In this document: positions 1 to 13,705 of the stretch, piece after piece
Layout: each line of letters opens with the position of its first letter
Numbering within the stretch: the first letter of the stretch is position 1
From: Scyliorhinus canicula
Taxonomy: Eukaryota
DNA: 64,000 nt
Assembly (NCBI RefSeq): GCF_902713615.1
Contig: NC_052163.1
Location: 44,750,878 to 44,814,877 of the forward strand
Reading direction: 5' to 3'
The notes under the pieces: generated by a model
Database searches by the model: none
Told to the model about the DNA's origin: nothing
The model's input: the letters and a program-made list of their open reading frames with translations, nothing else
Translations under genes and position numbers: made by a program

Positions 1-1909
1 GTCAGCAGAAGTAATTTATAACATTAGTTAAAATGGCAATATGTTATCTTGTGAATAACAATGCAATTGGGAAGTTATTGATGTTTGTGTAATTGCATTG
101 TTAGCTATGGATCTACAACACCATGTGTACTGACAAAAAAGTATTACCAAATCCCACTTACAGTGCAATTTAACAATGATTCATTTCTAACACATTGCTA
201 CTAATGGAGCCACATCAATGTGCTGCCCAACAATAAAAGTGCTGCCGAATAATGAATGTCATGATTTGTGAGTTACTGCATTGTAATTGCGCTCCTTTAT
301 GAAATGTTTAGTATACACTTACAAAAGCTGGAATAATGGATTTCTTAGAGATTACAGGTCCCCTGCATCAAAACTGGACGGTGGGAAAATGTGCTCGACA
401 TGTGGGAACTTTAATGTGTTGTTTCCATGCAATGACCAAATTTTCATTTTCTATGGAGCAGATTCTGCAAGGCGGAAATAAATATCAACTCCCTCCCTCC
501 TTTAATACATACTCAAAAACAGTCTGCTGCACATTGTTCTCTTTTAAAGGATTACCTAGGTCATTCATTCTGCCAGAGTATATAGAACAAAGTATGTCAC
601 TGGTGCCGAATGGAGGGGCATGGTATCTCCAAACCTTAAAACCAGCAAATTAAAATCTCTGGTTAACAAAATTAATGCATGCAGACCAACAAGATTGAAC
701 TACATGCGGAGAATACATCTTAACATCTCTTTAACTGGTGAAGCAGATGAGGCCAGTTGGTATGGAAAAGAAGGAAGAAACAAGGCCTCATTGTTGCTGA
801 AACATAACTATGAATAAACTGAAAGGGTTAAATGATCCAGCTGATAATCGCTGCCCGTTATCAAATTGCAAATAATTGTTACAACATTTTATGGTGGCTA
901 GCACCCTTTACCTTACTTTTTGACCTTTTTGCCCACTTCACTGTTTTAATGGTAAAATATAACGTCAAAACAGTGGAATCTAGAGCTGCAGATTTTGTGA
1001 AGACTTCACAAAGCTGAGTTTGGATTTCAGTCTTGTCTGTTATTCAAAGCCTGATGACACTCGATGGTCAAATTTCATCAGACTGACCACAAGATGGAGC
1101 ACTTTAGGCCATCCTAAAACTTGCAGTGTGAAGTGAGGGAGAGCCAAGATGTCAATGTCCATCCTTATCCGTCGTATTTTGAATTTTCTGCACGTAACTG
1201 CAAATGAAAAAAGCTCTGTTGGGCGGCCTTCTTGATAATGAGTTAAATGCAGGAATGGCAGACTGACAGGGCAAGATCACTTCAGCTCATAGTGAACATA
1301 AACTATAAGGAAACTGCAACACTCAGGGGGACAAGCATAAAAATAAACTTTCAGAACGTTCACAGATTAGATCTAGGACAAAGGACTGTGACTATATTTC
1401 TGTTTAGAATATACTTTTACAACAGTTGCGAAAGCTGGGAGAGCCTATTAGTGAAGGCTGCCTCAAGTTTGAACATCATAAAGGGAGGACAAGAGGAGTT
1501 TTGATTCTGCCAACTCTGTGGTGGGGGAACCTGAGGACCATCTGAAATGGGTCCACTTTGAGGTCTTGCTAATGATTGAGTTGAGTAGTACAGTGAGTCT
1601 TGCCATCAACAAAATCAGAGTGCAAGGACAAAGTGCGGAAGAAACAAAGCGCCGCCCCCGATTTCGCCGTCAAAAGGGATTCTCTGCCTGATCGGCGATT
1701 ACGAAATCGGCGTCGGGGAATGGAGAATCCTGCCCCAGGTTTGTATGCATACAGGTCCAGGTGAGTGTGTGTGTATGCACTGACGGTGTAAAGGTTAGCT
1801 ACGTTCCATTTCAGTGGAGGATTTACCCACAAAAATACCCAATTTAGTGAAGCTAAAATTATAGATTTAAACCCAAAATGTGGATACTCCAAATGAAACA
1901 AAACACAAG

Positions 1910-2096
1910 CAGCGGAATTCTCCGTTGGCAGGATCCTCCAGTCTGCCGGCAGCACACCGAGGCTCGCAAGTTTCCTGACGGTGTGGAGTGGCCACAATGG
2001 GAAACCCCATTGGCCGGTGCAGGAACGGAGAATCCTGTTGCTGGCGAGAGGGCACTGCTCTGGAAAACGCGACTGGCGGACCAGAAAATCCAGCCC
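1910..2096. mobile_element. Short Harbinger-type MITE
   Basis: Degenerate TIRs CAGCGGAATTCTC / GAAAATCCAGCCC with AAG on both flanks (1907-1909, 2097-2099); internal similarity to copies at 9889, 34030, 38674, 43373. Confidence 0.7.
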
Positions 2097-3760
2097 AAGA
2101 TCTGACTGTATCAAAATGTCTGTCCCTAACATTAACTGAAAAGATTAAACCAGCTATGTGTGGACTGTTATTATCTGTCTTGCATTCAGTGCTATCAAAT
2201 GTAATGAACAGTATTGACGAGACTGATTATTAAACTCAGTTTTCTCTCTGTGAACTAACAGGTTCATTCAGTACAGTACCGTAAAGAATAAATAGAAGAT
2301 CCAATGGAACACATTGATGAATATAGATTTTGATTGATCCTATAGAGCTTGGCTAACACTGGCCTGGTAAAGACAACCAGGTCCTATTACAGGATAATTG
2401 AGTACAATTAGTGTTGTTTAAATATCTCAGACACAATACTCTGTTGGAGCCATTAGACACTGAAGTAGACAATGAATAAGTAATCATGCCTCAAACAAAC
2501 AGAAATCATTCCTGTTCGGAGGCTGTGACAAATAGCAATTGTCCTCAATGTTTACAGTGTGTATTTGCTGGAAACGTCTCTCTCTCCAACCTCTTTCCAG
2601 AGTTTGTTAATGATGATGACATTCCTCTTAATAAAAAAAAACTTTAAACCTCACTGAATGCAGAGTTCTCTTCCCAAGAGTGTTTGCTCATTCTCCAGTC
2701 TAGTGGTTGCACACACCCCCTTCTTTTTTCAGAATATGAATGTAAAATGGCCTACTCACTCAGACCCTCAAGCGACTGAAGTTTATTGGTTTTCACAGGC
2801 CCATCTATTAGAATTGCTAACTAGCTAATTCGGATAGGGACAAAAGACATGATGGTAAAACAAAATCGAAGCTTGAATGAAGACTGCTTTTCATCTTTGT
2901 GGCTTTCTCTGGAACGATCTTCTGTACTTTCAACTTATCACCTCCCACTGCCCCACACCCCCCAACCCCTAGTAGCTAGTCATTGTCTATTACTCCATCC
3001 CTATTAATAGACTGTTTTAGTTTACTGATCATTGACAGCAGCAAAGAAAACCTGCTTCTCTTTGACTATGGGTGGATTTGAATAGACTCTCTGTGATAAT
3101 ACAGGCACTTACGTACAAGTCACTAAAACAAAGCAATTTCTTTTACTGAAATTAGGCTTTTATCTGACTTTCAAAACATCACTAAAAAGGATGCATTTAA
3201 AATGTAAGCAGGATTGCAGTGAAGCAAACTTCACACCGACACCATTATTGTAGTGTAAATTAGTTCAATGTGATGCTGGAATAAAGTAGAACAGGAATCT
3301 CTGGGGGCTGAAATTTCACTATCCTTTGTTCCTAAATCAAGTTAGGCCTTAACTAAGGGGTTTGCCCAACACAGCGTTGGTATCAATGCATATTGCTTTG
3401 TATCAACAATACATTTATGAGTAATTTTCTCACCCCATAATCCTGGCTGGTGAGGGTTCCTGCTTAGGTACACAGGCAAAAGATTACCCCTGCAGTATAA
3501 ATCTACACTAAAATGTCTCACATTTCATTAAAATGGTCCCAAAAGATAACCAATAAAATGCACCATCACAAAATAATCTGGAAGTAATTGTGGGCGAGAG
3601 CAAAATAACTTAATAATTTGAAATGTCTATTACTTTATGATACATTTCAGTGTTCCCTCTTTCCAAGCAGGAGAGAAAGCTGAGACCATTACAATTTCCT
3701 GACAGTGAAACAGAGAGTGCAAGATTCTCTGAAGATATCTGTGATGCGACAACAACATAT

Positions 3761-4382
3761 GGGTCGAGATTCTCCAAGCGCATGATGGGTCGGAGAATCG
3801 ACAGGAAATTCACGCAACGCCACGACACCGGGCCGTCGATTCTCCGGTCGCCGCGGCGCTGGTCGGGGGCCGCGGAAATAGGCCCCCATGGCGATTCTCC
3901 TCGGGCAATGGGCCGAACTCCCACCGAGTCCCGCCAGCGTAGTTCAAGCCTAGTACCACCCGGCGGGAGCTCGGACCCGTGGCCGCTGTGGACGTCCTGG
4001 TGGGGGGTTAGGGGGATCTGACCCTGAGGGGACCTCCACGGGGTCCAGGCCCCCGATCGGGGCTTCCGATCGGCAGGCGGCCGCGATCTGGAGGGGGCCT
4101 ACCTGTTTCCGCACTCGCCCACTGTTAGGTCTCCGACATGTTGCTCCACGCTAGCGCAGAGATGCCAACCACGCGCATGTGCCGGCGTAGAGACAGCTGT
4201 GGCGGGCATGCGCGGACACACGCCAGACGTGCAGGGCTGCCTTTCGGCGCCGGAGCAGCACGCAGCACTCTGGCGCCGTGCTAGACCCCTAAAAAAGGGA
4301 GAATTGCTGGGCCAGGAAGCCCGTCGACGTACACCACTCCGGCGTTTAAGTCGGCGTCATCATTTGGCCAAAAATTTGGCCC
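3761..4382. mobile_element. GC/CpG-rich Harbinger-type MITE (long family)
   Basis: Starts GGGTCGAGATTCTCC; repeated subterminal GATTCTCC/GGAGAATC motifs; similar to 35412, 37366, 41611, 55951 copies; TSD not preserved. Confidence 0.7.
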
Positions 4383-5559
4383 ATCTGATGATTCCAGCAT
4401 TTCTACTTGTCCTGCAGATGTATAAAGCTGTAGTGTGACTAGATGCATTACAACAGCTGAATCATGTGAATCTGCAATCGCAGATTTTGTTGTTTCCTTC
4501 TTGCCAACAAATCAGCATTCTCTTCTCAGATATATAAATTGTTGTTTTCCCCTCATACTGATATTCTTGCAAAGTGTTCTGATAAATACAAGACAAAAAA
4601 CTTCGACATGCCTCTTTTTTCAGCAATCATGCACGTTATCTTGTTCTTCCATCGTAGACAGCAAAATGAACTATTACTGGAAGATAAGCAGGACTATTTT
4701 TTTTACAAAACCTATGCTTGCTGCAATGCATATATTACCCCATTTTTCTGTCTGATGTGCAGTCACCTCTGTGGAATTAATATCTGACATCTAAAAGCTA
4801 GATCACTGAGGTGGACGGGTTTGTGAGAGGGTGTGCGTGGGGGATTCAGGCAGATGGACATAATAGTCAAACTGTACTGTCAGCAGTTTTTTTGTTCAAA
4901 GTAAATAACAGATTGAGCAAAGTAACATTTGTGGATATTGGTTTGCTCGGAGTCATATATGGAGTTTGAGCGTATTGCTTCATATTTAATTGCGGGGAGG
5001 GTTTTGACAAGTAGCTTCATCAAATCTGTGAGATGCCAAGAACTACCTGTAGCTTTTCAATACAGTGAGGCTATACTATTACAATACGGGTCTGTTTTTC
5101 AAAAGCAATTTCAGTCATGCAAATACATTTGCAATCTACATTTTAAGCATATCTGAAAGTTCAGAGAGAAATCTGAAACATCTCAATCCCCAAATGTTAT
5201 TTTCAAATGACAGATCTTTCTGCTATAATAAGATACAAAATAGCTTTCCACATGTTGGCAACTTGCTGACCTGTAAAGAAAGAATACATTTTTGACACTC
5301 GGACTGCAATGTTCGCCCATCAATTCAATCAAGTGAAAACTTGCACAGTATTCGTGGTAATTGGGAGCGATGCTTCCTCTGCATTGCAGGTAAGAACCTG
5401 GTCAGCAGTTGCAAGGCCTTTTTCTGTTGCCTTATGTGGCGCAGGCCTGGCCCATTCCTCACCCTGTGCTGTGGCAATCACTTGTACCATTTTCCACTTC
5501 ATCCGGGGGTTAAAAAAATGGATTGTATTGGAAGGGAGGCGATGTACTAACCTCTAGAT

Positions 5560-6724
5560 AAAGGAGGGAAAAAGTGTGCCCACATCACCCTAATCCTGAT
5601 GGCCACCTTTGTGTAGCTGCATCAAGCTGTGCATAGATCCTCTGTTCGCAATGTCAGTAGGTGCTGAGGTTCTACCTGTCCCCAATATTGCAAAGGATGG
5701 GTCTAGCCACGCTGCCGTGGAACGCTCCAAGTAGTTGAACTGTGCCGTACCGCCTGTGCCCCATGTAAAAATATATGTAGAGAAACCACAAGTCTATCAG
5801 GCAGTGATCAGCAGGGAATATCCTTGAGGCCCTTTGGGAAAAGAAAATGGCGGATCCAGGAGAAGACTGTCAAGGTCATTTGGCAGAATGCCTCATTGCC
5901 AGAACTTTAAAACAACCACCGAGACCTAGCTTGGCTGGTGGTGAGAAATGCCCCCGGGCCCCCCCCCCGCAACCCCCCTCAGATCTTTCCTACACGTCTA
6001 AACTTTCACCACATTTGCATGTTATCCTTGAGGTGACTGTGGTGGGGAAGAGACCATTGTCCACCTCCACGAGTTTGCCTTTGTAAAGATGGTCTGGAAA
6101 GAGATGAGGTTGTTTGTGTTGAGGTTCATCCTGAGCAGCTCCGTGACGCAGGACTCAAGGGTGTACCCAGAGATGCAGATCAAGACAGATGTCAGCTGTT
6201 GCTGGAGGATCATCAACTGGTGAAAGATGCTCTTTGATCTGCCTGAAACATGTTGATCTTCCGGCGCAATGAGTTGTCCCTGACCGAGTGTCACAGACTG
6301 GCATATCCAAAGCCCAGGACTAAGTGCTGAGAGATGTACTAAAGCTTGGTGCAGCCGTTGCAGAGGTGCAATGGGGGAAGTTCGCTGTCTAAGATCTTTC
6401 AACCATAGTGAACTGCGGGGAGGGGAATTGAATAGAACCCCCTTGGGCTGTACAACTCACATTGAATGTACACAGTGAATATTACATGTATCACAATTGT
6501 ATGGAAGCTCTCAGAGTGCAGCTTAATCTATATAGAAACTGAAATACCTTTGTACCATTTGTAATGGCCATTTTTAAATGTCTGTAGCATTTCTTTGATT
6601 GTATTAAAGCACCTCAGAGTGCAACATGCTGTAGAGAACCTGAATATTATTGAAGTTTGTGTGACGGCCATTTTGAAATGTTTGTACTGTTCCTTCAGAT
6701 ATTTTACGAATAAAGTGTATTTTA
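5560..6724 (+). mobile_element. Decayed 3' fragment of a Tx1-like (L1 clade) LINE
   Basis: Frameshifted ORF2 C-terminal-like peptide (FAFVKMVWKEMRLFVLRFILSSSVTQDS...CCWRIIN), then 3' UTR ending AATAAA near 6709. Confidence 0.6.
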
Positions 6725-7160
6725 CGCTATTGATGTTACAACTTTAGCTGAGCATATTTTGGGTCGTTTGATGGCAGCAGTAAGCGCAAAGACCTTCTGT
6801 ATAGCGAATTGGTCACTGGATCACAACCAGTTGGGTGCCCTTAGCTCCAATTCAAGACACCTGTAATTAAGATATCAAGATGGCGGTTATTGACACTGAC
6901 CACTAGAAGACAGTCACTCACGACTGTGACCTCTGGAGGCTGACTGTTTGGAAGGGCATTGGCAAAGGTGAGCAGAAACAAAAATCTCAACTGGGCGAAA
7001 GAGCCCAGAGAAAATGAAGCAAGCAAATTGTGTACTATCGCAGCCCACAATCTTCCTCTGCAGTCAATACAGCAGAGACTGCCCTGCCAGAGTGGAGCTC
7101 TTGAGTCACACTAAGCAATGCTTAAAACAGAGTTCAGTGCCATATGCATTGTATTACTAA

Positions 7161-8086
7161 CGTTACGTCACCCTGGGTTAGCGCACGGTTAGTTCCAGCT
7201 CCACTTGTCCGGGAGTCGCAACACAAGTGAATTAACCCATAATTCTTCGAAAACTAACCCTGGTCCTTGGCTGCTCAATACTTAATTCACCAGTTTTGTA
7301 AAGTATAAACACAATTACTGTTTATTTATAACAAGAACTATAATGAAATATGCAGTGAATACAACTTGTCTAATTCATAACTCCCCATTTTAACTTGAAC
7401 CCCCCCCCCCCCCTCTCCCCCCCCCTCCCCTCTACATACGCACACCAGACAGACAAACACAGAAGGGTGACAAGGGCTAAAAATAATAAGCAAAAGGAAA
7501 AAGAGTCTGTCTCAGATTATTTATTTTTTAGCATTTTACTCCTCTTAAAACCTTGCTTTCAGTTCATGGTTTTATTGTAGGTTCATTTCAATCTCTGTAG
7601 TTGTGGAAATACAGCACCCATTACCTTTCTGTAAAGATTTAACAGGTTCTGGTGTTTGTTTGCAATCTGTAATGGTTTTGCTGAGGATAGCTTCATTCAA
7701 GTAATCTGCAGGTTCTGAAATGAAGCACTCACAGGCTTTCTGGTGAGAAACACAGATGAGAGAGAGTAGCAGGACTTATCCTTTGTGCTGCCAGGATCAA
7801 ATTGAAAATCATTGGGATAGGATCCAATCGGCAACTGTTACCGGGCAGAGCACAGCCTTTTGGGCCCACTCATTGGCCACCGGCTGATCAATCAAACCGA
7901 GTCCCACCCCAACTCTTTCTGGCGTCAACAAGCCTGAAGCCTTCCATTGAAACCAGCAGGACTAGTATTATCTCTGAATACTGCTGCTTCACTTAAAGAT
8001 ACAGGTCCATTAATCATCCATGGATCAAAAATAATAATGGCAAAATAAAAGGGGGAAAAAGGGAATAAACAAGAAGGACCCTTACA
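7161..8086 (-). mobile_element. Solo LTR (~926 bp)
   Basis: Minus strand begins TGTAAGGGTCC and ends GACGTAACG (TG...CA with one change); AATAAA on minus strand near 7321; flanks CTAA/CTAG (3 of 4 match). Confidence 0.6.
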
Positions 8087-8181
8087 CTAGACAGACGATT
8101 GCTGTTACTATTACTATTCCGAGTCATTTAATAAGATAGAGAAGCTAACAAAATGCAATGTTCCAATGTTGATCATGTGAT

Positions 8182-8495
8182 ATAGAACATAGAGTGCAGA
8201 AGGAGGCCATTCGGCCCATCAAGTCTGCACCAACCCACTTAAGCCCTCACTTCCACCCGATCCTCGTAACCCAAAAACCCCATCTAACCTTTTTTTCAGT
8301 CACTAAGGGCAATTTAGCATGGCCAATCTACCTAACCTGCACGTCTTCAGACTGTGGGAGGAAACAGGAGGAAACCTATGCAGAGACAGGGGGAACATGC
8401 AGACTCTGCACAGACAGTGACCCAGCGGGGAATTGAACCTGGGACCCTGGCGCTGTGAAGCCACAGTGCTATCCACTTGTGCTACCGTGCTGCCC
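8182..8495 (-). mobile_element. HE1-like V-SINE with CR1-type tail
   Basis: tRNA-like head GGGCAGCACGGTAGCAC, B box, V-type core, tail GGCCTCCTTCTGCAC...TATGTTCTAT. Confidence 0.85.
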
Positions 8496-8789
8496 GTGAC
8501 TTATAGGTACTTTCAAAGGGACTTTTTCGGCAAGACCCATCAAAATGTTTTCTTTTAAGCATTCATGCTGGAAGGATTATTATTTCAAAGGGCAGTAAGG
8601 ACAGATTATTATACCGAACAGTCTTTGTGTGTATTAAACTACTGGCTAGTTTCTATAATAATGGCAAAATATTGCAGGTGCTGGGAATCTGAAGTAAAAA
8701 CAAAATATTTCGGGAAAACCCAGCAGATCTGGCAGCATGTTCCATGGAACAGAAGCTGCCAGACCTACAAAGTCTTTTATCTGTTCTTA

Positions 8790-8936
8790 TTTTATTCTTG
8801 TTGATTTCTGGTGGTATTGCACCAGTGAATCCAAGACTAAGATGGCATTTAGCCACCCTGTTAGCCACGGGTATAAATCCCGGAAGCAGCCAAAAATGGG
8901 ATTTGCACCGGTGAGATATCAGTTTGCGATCTTCTT

Positions 8937-8971
<35 letters not shown>

Positions 8972-10345
8972 CTGGTGACAAAATCAGGTTCATGCCCTTA
9001 TTTCCATAGGTTTAAAGACATTTTAATATCATTAAAGGGCTTGATGCCATAGTGTCCGCCCATAATGTGTCCTCCACTCACCCCCCCCCCCCCCCCCCCC
9101 CCCCACCACCACCACCACCACCACCAAACTCCCGGAGGCGGAACATCACACCGGCACTAATCACTGCTAGTTTTCAAAAGCAAAAGCTTGTTGTGATGGC
9201 ACTGTCGGGGTGTAAGTGGTCCAGTGGGTTGAGGGACAAGGTTGGGATTGCCCTGGCAACCTGGCGGTGCCCCTTGCAGAGTCGGGGACAGTTCCAAAGG
9301 GACAGTACCAAGGAGTCAGTTTCAAGGGGGCAGTGCCAAGGTGCCTCTGGCAGCGGGGGATTAACCCTTTTCCATTGGGGTGGGTGTTTTCCTTATGTGT
9401 GTTGGGAGGGCATATAGAGGGGAGAGTCCTGATGCCTCTCAGGTGTGTGTGGGGGGGGGGGGGGGGGGGGGAAGGGTTGAGACCTAATGCCTGTAAAGAA
9501 GGGGGGGAAAGCTCTAATGCCCATGAGATGGGGAGGGAAGAGCAGAGAGGCAGAGAGAGCCCCGATGCCTACGTGGATGGGGGATTGTAGTGGGGAGAAC
9601 CCCGGCCTGTGAGGGCGGGAGGGAGAGATGCCCAATGTTGGCATAGTGCCGATGTGTTTGGGGGGGGGGGGGTTCCAATGTTTGGGGGATCCTCTATGGT
9701 GGGGGAGGGGAACCTTACGTGTAAGTTAGAGATTGGGCAGCCCTTTAAAATGGTGCCCCGATTTTAGAATCCCAGCTTTGCAAGAATTTTTAGGCCTCCC
9801 CCCCCCCCCCCCCCCCCCCCCCCCCCGCCCCCCAGTTGCCTGTGTGATCTTTGCCAGCAGAGTGTTGTTAAATCAGGTGAGAAATATGGGGTGGGATTCT
9901 CCGTCCCGCTGCACCAGACGTCTGGGGCGGTGCCCACCCGGGACCCTCCGTCTCGTCAGTCGGCCAATGGGGTTTCCCATTGTGGGCAGCCCCACGCCGT
10001 CGGGAAATTCCTTGTCTGCTGGCGTAATGGAGAATCCTGACAGCGGAAAATCCAGCCCGAGGTCTGTGAAGCGGCGAGTTTCACACAAATTTTCCCGCCT
10101 AATCCAACATTGTACCACTTGCACATTAAGTGTAATTTCAAATGAAACAGGGTCAAAGATCATGAATAATTGACTCAAAGCTGTATGTAACTTTGGCCTG
10201 AATTTTAAGCACCTTTGTCTCCACGCAGGTTTTGAGGTGACATGGTGCATGAAATTGTATGGACGGGGTTGCGAGAATCCCCGACCTGGAAGCAATTTTA
10301 CAGTGGGGCGGGCAGGGTCTTGGACGAAAAACTCACCCTTGCCCC
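8790..10345. mobile_element. Composite of decayed Harbinger-type non-autonomous elements, including a short MITE at 9889-10058
   Basis: GGGTGGGATTCTCC...GGAAAATCCAGCCC MITE inside older GC-rich sequence with long C/G runs; outer limits approximate. Confidence 0.5.
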
Positions 10346-10422
10346 ATTAAGTCACTTAAATGACTACCTAATGGTCACTTATGGTGTTGTTCCCATCCAA
10401 CCTCAATTTTTAGCCTGGCAGA

Positions 10423-10599
10423 GCTGGGTTCGAATCCTGGCCCTGGGTCACTGTCCATGTGGAGTTTGCACATTCTCCCCATGTCTGCGTGGGTTTCACC
10501 CCCACAACCCAAAGATGTGCAGGGTAGGCGGATTGGCCACGCTAAATTGCCCCTTAATTGAAAAAAATTATTGGGTCCTCTAAATTTATTTAAATTTTT
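10423..10599 (+). mobile_element. Short-tail V-SINE, 5'-truncated
   Basis: 16-bp TSD TTTTTAGCCTGGCAGA (10407-10422, 10600-10615); tail TTAATTGAAAAAAATTATTGGGTCCTCTAAATTT. Confidence 0.9.
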
Positions 10600-11785
10600 T
10601 TTTTAGCCTGGCAGATGCCAGATATATGCCAGATAGGGAAATAAAATATTTAAATCTTCAATATCAAGTGGGGCAGTTTGGGGAGTGCCTCTATCAGAAG
10701 CTGCCTTCCAAATGGGTGCGCCCTCTCCTCAAGGAACACCTGCTAGCCTCCCTTCCTCCCTTCTAGCCTGGCCTATCCACGCATACTCCAATCACCCTGC
10801 TCACATCCCTCAAGAACACTCTACCCTTCCCTACCCGGGACACCTGCCACTTACCTGGCCTCCATGTTCCAAGACTTAGTTCCAGGCATGTTGCTGCAGT
10901 GCCTTTTCCGGCCACTACAGCGTTGCGGCCTGGAGGAGGTGGAAAGCTGTTGGCCAATCTGATTGACTGCAATTCTACAAGGCGGAACTTCCATCCTTAC
11001 CTGGATGGAAGTCATGCCTGCTGCTAATCTATTCATTAGAGCGTAAAATGGCAGTGAGCCTGTAGGCGTTGGAGAGGATGTATTCCTTGGTAACTCTGTG
11101 GATGGTGGGGGTTAAGTGCTCACCATTCAAAAAATTCAGCTCTTTGACCTCATTTTAAAGTAAAATATTCTGGCCTTATTTTCGTATTAACATTATAAGT
11201 TCGTAAGTTCACATAGTAATGGAAAATGGCCAAGTAAACATGTAACATTGTAATTACACCCTCCTACCAGTAACGGCACTGCAACATTGACACTGCAAAT
11301 GGGAACAGTGCAATTCCAGCATTACACGTTTGCATTGACAGTTACAATGAACGTTAATAATGGGGAAAATTGACCGGGTGTGCACATGGATATCATGATA
11401 AAGTTTCCGCTTTGGGCACAAGCAGGAAATTAGTTGCAAATTGTGCTTGAAATTGCACTGATTAGGTTACAGTTCAAGTTTCCGCCAAAATGTATTTGCA
11501 CAATCACAAACATAAAACCTTTCATGAACCAGTGGATTTAGTAAACATAATAAGAGTATGATTATTTAATTTTTCTTTGCATCAACAATTAATCATTAAT
11601 GCATTTATGGGTTGTAATCTGATGCAGCTTTATTACCACAGCTAAATACAGATACATACCAAAAATAATCATCCATCTATGGGTAACCTGATTGTAAATC
11701 ACAAGAACAATATCTAATATTTACTAGTTTCATTGGTCTACACTAATAAACCTCTTTCTAAATGCGATAACTTTGATGTACAAAT

Positions 11786-11953
11786 GGTTTAGCTCACTGA
11801 GCTATATCGCTGGCTTTTAAAGCAGGCCAGCAACACGGTTCGATTCCCGTACCAGCCTCCCCGGACAGGCGCCGGAATGTGGCGACTAGGGGCTTTTCAC
11901 AGTAACTTCATTGAAGCCTACTCGTGACAATAAGCGATTTTCATTTCATTTCA
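11786..11953 (+). mobile_element. Small tRNA-SINE with a different head and (TTTCA)n tail
   Basis: A-box-like TAGCTCACTGAG, B box GGTTCGATTCC; 3' module GTGGCGACTAGGGGCTTTTCACAGTAACTTCATTG shared with the SINE at 42950. Confidence 0.8.
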
Positions 11954-12890
11954 AATGTTTAAATCATGTTGACTGGTGCCCCTGCGCCTCAGAAACTTAA
12001 TTTGAAGAACCTCTTTGAACTGCCACAAACGAGCATATTTGGTGGAATTGCCATTCTCATTTTATTGACCTTGCAGCCTGCCCAGTTTACCAAGCAGGGC
12101 TGGCTTTGGACGCAATGATAGTTAAGTCAGTGTTAACAATCGTGGAAACTCAAATTATGTTGAAAGCATCTTATGTTGGAATTTCAATTATCTTTTGTGC
12201 TGGTTTGACCAAATTCACCCAGGTTGTGCTGATAAGATGGTTGCAAACTACGACAAAGTGCTCAGCAAGATATTTACTATATTAAATACGTGCCTTGATG
12301 CTGTCTAAAGACATTTTTAAACATCTGAACAATAAACTACTCTTTTCATTCTCCCCCTCCGTTTTAAGAACATTAACCCCTTGATAAGGTTTGGTTCCAC
12401 AGACACAAATCATCCTCAATGGTCATAGACACTGATCACACTTTGGTGTGTACACGTCGTTAGTCGGGCTTGAGCACTTAGTTGCTGATTAAAGATAGAG
12501 ATGGCACTGTCAAACATGAGATCATGCTCTCATGGAGGTGACAAATGATGTTTGTGAATGCGATTCCAGAACACCTTCTATTACCCTGAAATGCCAACAG
12601 TTACAGATACTCTAATCAGTGCAAAGTACTGACGACAGATCTTTGTTGGGTTCTCTGCACTTTTCCCGCACTAAATTACATACAAGGTCACGTAGATCGG
12701 AATTCACTCTACCCAAAATACCCACAGAATTTACACAGGAACAGCTTGTTGAGTTGAACAAATTTCTCCATCTATAATTCCATATATATTGCGAAAATCG
12801 ATGTTCAGTTGTATCAGGATTGTTAATGCAACAAGAATTTGATGTGCCAAAATAATAGTATTTCAAAGAAAATGTGTTCATCCATTCTTT

Positions 12891-12962
12891 CAGAAGGCCG
12901 GTGCAGACACGATGGGCCGAATGGCCTCCTTCTGCACTGTAGGAATTCTATGATTCTATGAT
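12891..12962 (+). mobile_element. Isolated HE1/CR1-type 3' tail
   Basis: GGGCCGAATGGCCTCCTTCTGCACTGTAGGAATTCTATGATTCTATGA. Confidence 0.8.
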
Positions 12963-13364
12963 CACTGGCTTGGGAAATGCAATTGAGGTGCTGGCTTCTT
13001 GTACCAGAGAGTGAATGTTTTTTTTATGCCCATGTATATGATTCTACCACTACTGTCTCATAATCTTTACTTCTGTTGATACAAATAGAACCATCGAAGA
13101 ATTCTGGTTACAAAGGACTATTTAGAACTTTATGATATGTTGGCTATAGAACAGGTTCAAGTTGTGTAAACTAGTTGGTGTATGAACACTGTGCAGGCAT
13201 ATTATACAGATGGCACAAACCTTTTGTCCTGGGCTTAAAATGAAGAAATTGGTCCTTTTTTACTTAAGGAGGTGTCTATAATCTGTCACAGATACCCCGG
13301 CCTTCCCCTTCAGTGTTAAGTACCTTTGGGAAAGAAATGCCTCCTTGTGTAAAATAAACTGCAT

Positions 13365-13705
13365 ATAGACATAGAACAGTACAGCACAGAACAGGCCCTT
13401 CAGCCCTCGATGTTGTGCCGAGCAATGATCACCCTACTCAAACCCACATATCCACCCTATACCCGTAACCCAACAACCCCCCCTTAACCTTACTTTTTAG
13501 GACACTACGGGCAATTTAGCATGGCCAATCCACCTAACCCGCACATCTTTGGACTGTGGGAGGAAATCTGAGCACCCGGAGGAAACCCACGCACACACGG
13601 GGAGGACGTGCAGACTCCACACAGACAGTGACCCAGCCGGGAATCGAACCTGGGACCCTGGAGCTGTGAAGCATTTATGCTAACCACCATGCTACCGTGC
13701 TGCCC
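13365..13705 (-). mobile_element. HE1-like V-SINE, full length, CR1-type tail variant
   Basis: Complete head and V core (CCTCCGGGTGCTC); tail GGGCCTGTTCTGTGCTGTACTGTTCTATG. Confidence 0.9.

Noticed and set aside
3650-4438. CpG island or promoter with ORFs (likewise 41745-42401, 55855-56604)
   Set aside because: Bounded by MITE TIRs and repeated in the window; the ORFs reflect stop-codon scarcity in GC-rich DNA
5296-5395. Exon ending at CAG|GTAAG near 5389
   Set aside because: No good acceptor, an in-frame stop upstream, and an unrecognised peptide
11361-12221. Possible ancient MITE with GGGGAAAATTGACC / GACCAAATTCACCC ends
   Set aside because: Ends too degenerate and no TSD
12612-12881. 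89-aa Cys-rich ORF as a host exon
   Set aside because: No recognisable homology and no convincing splice-site pair
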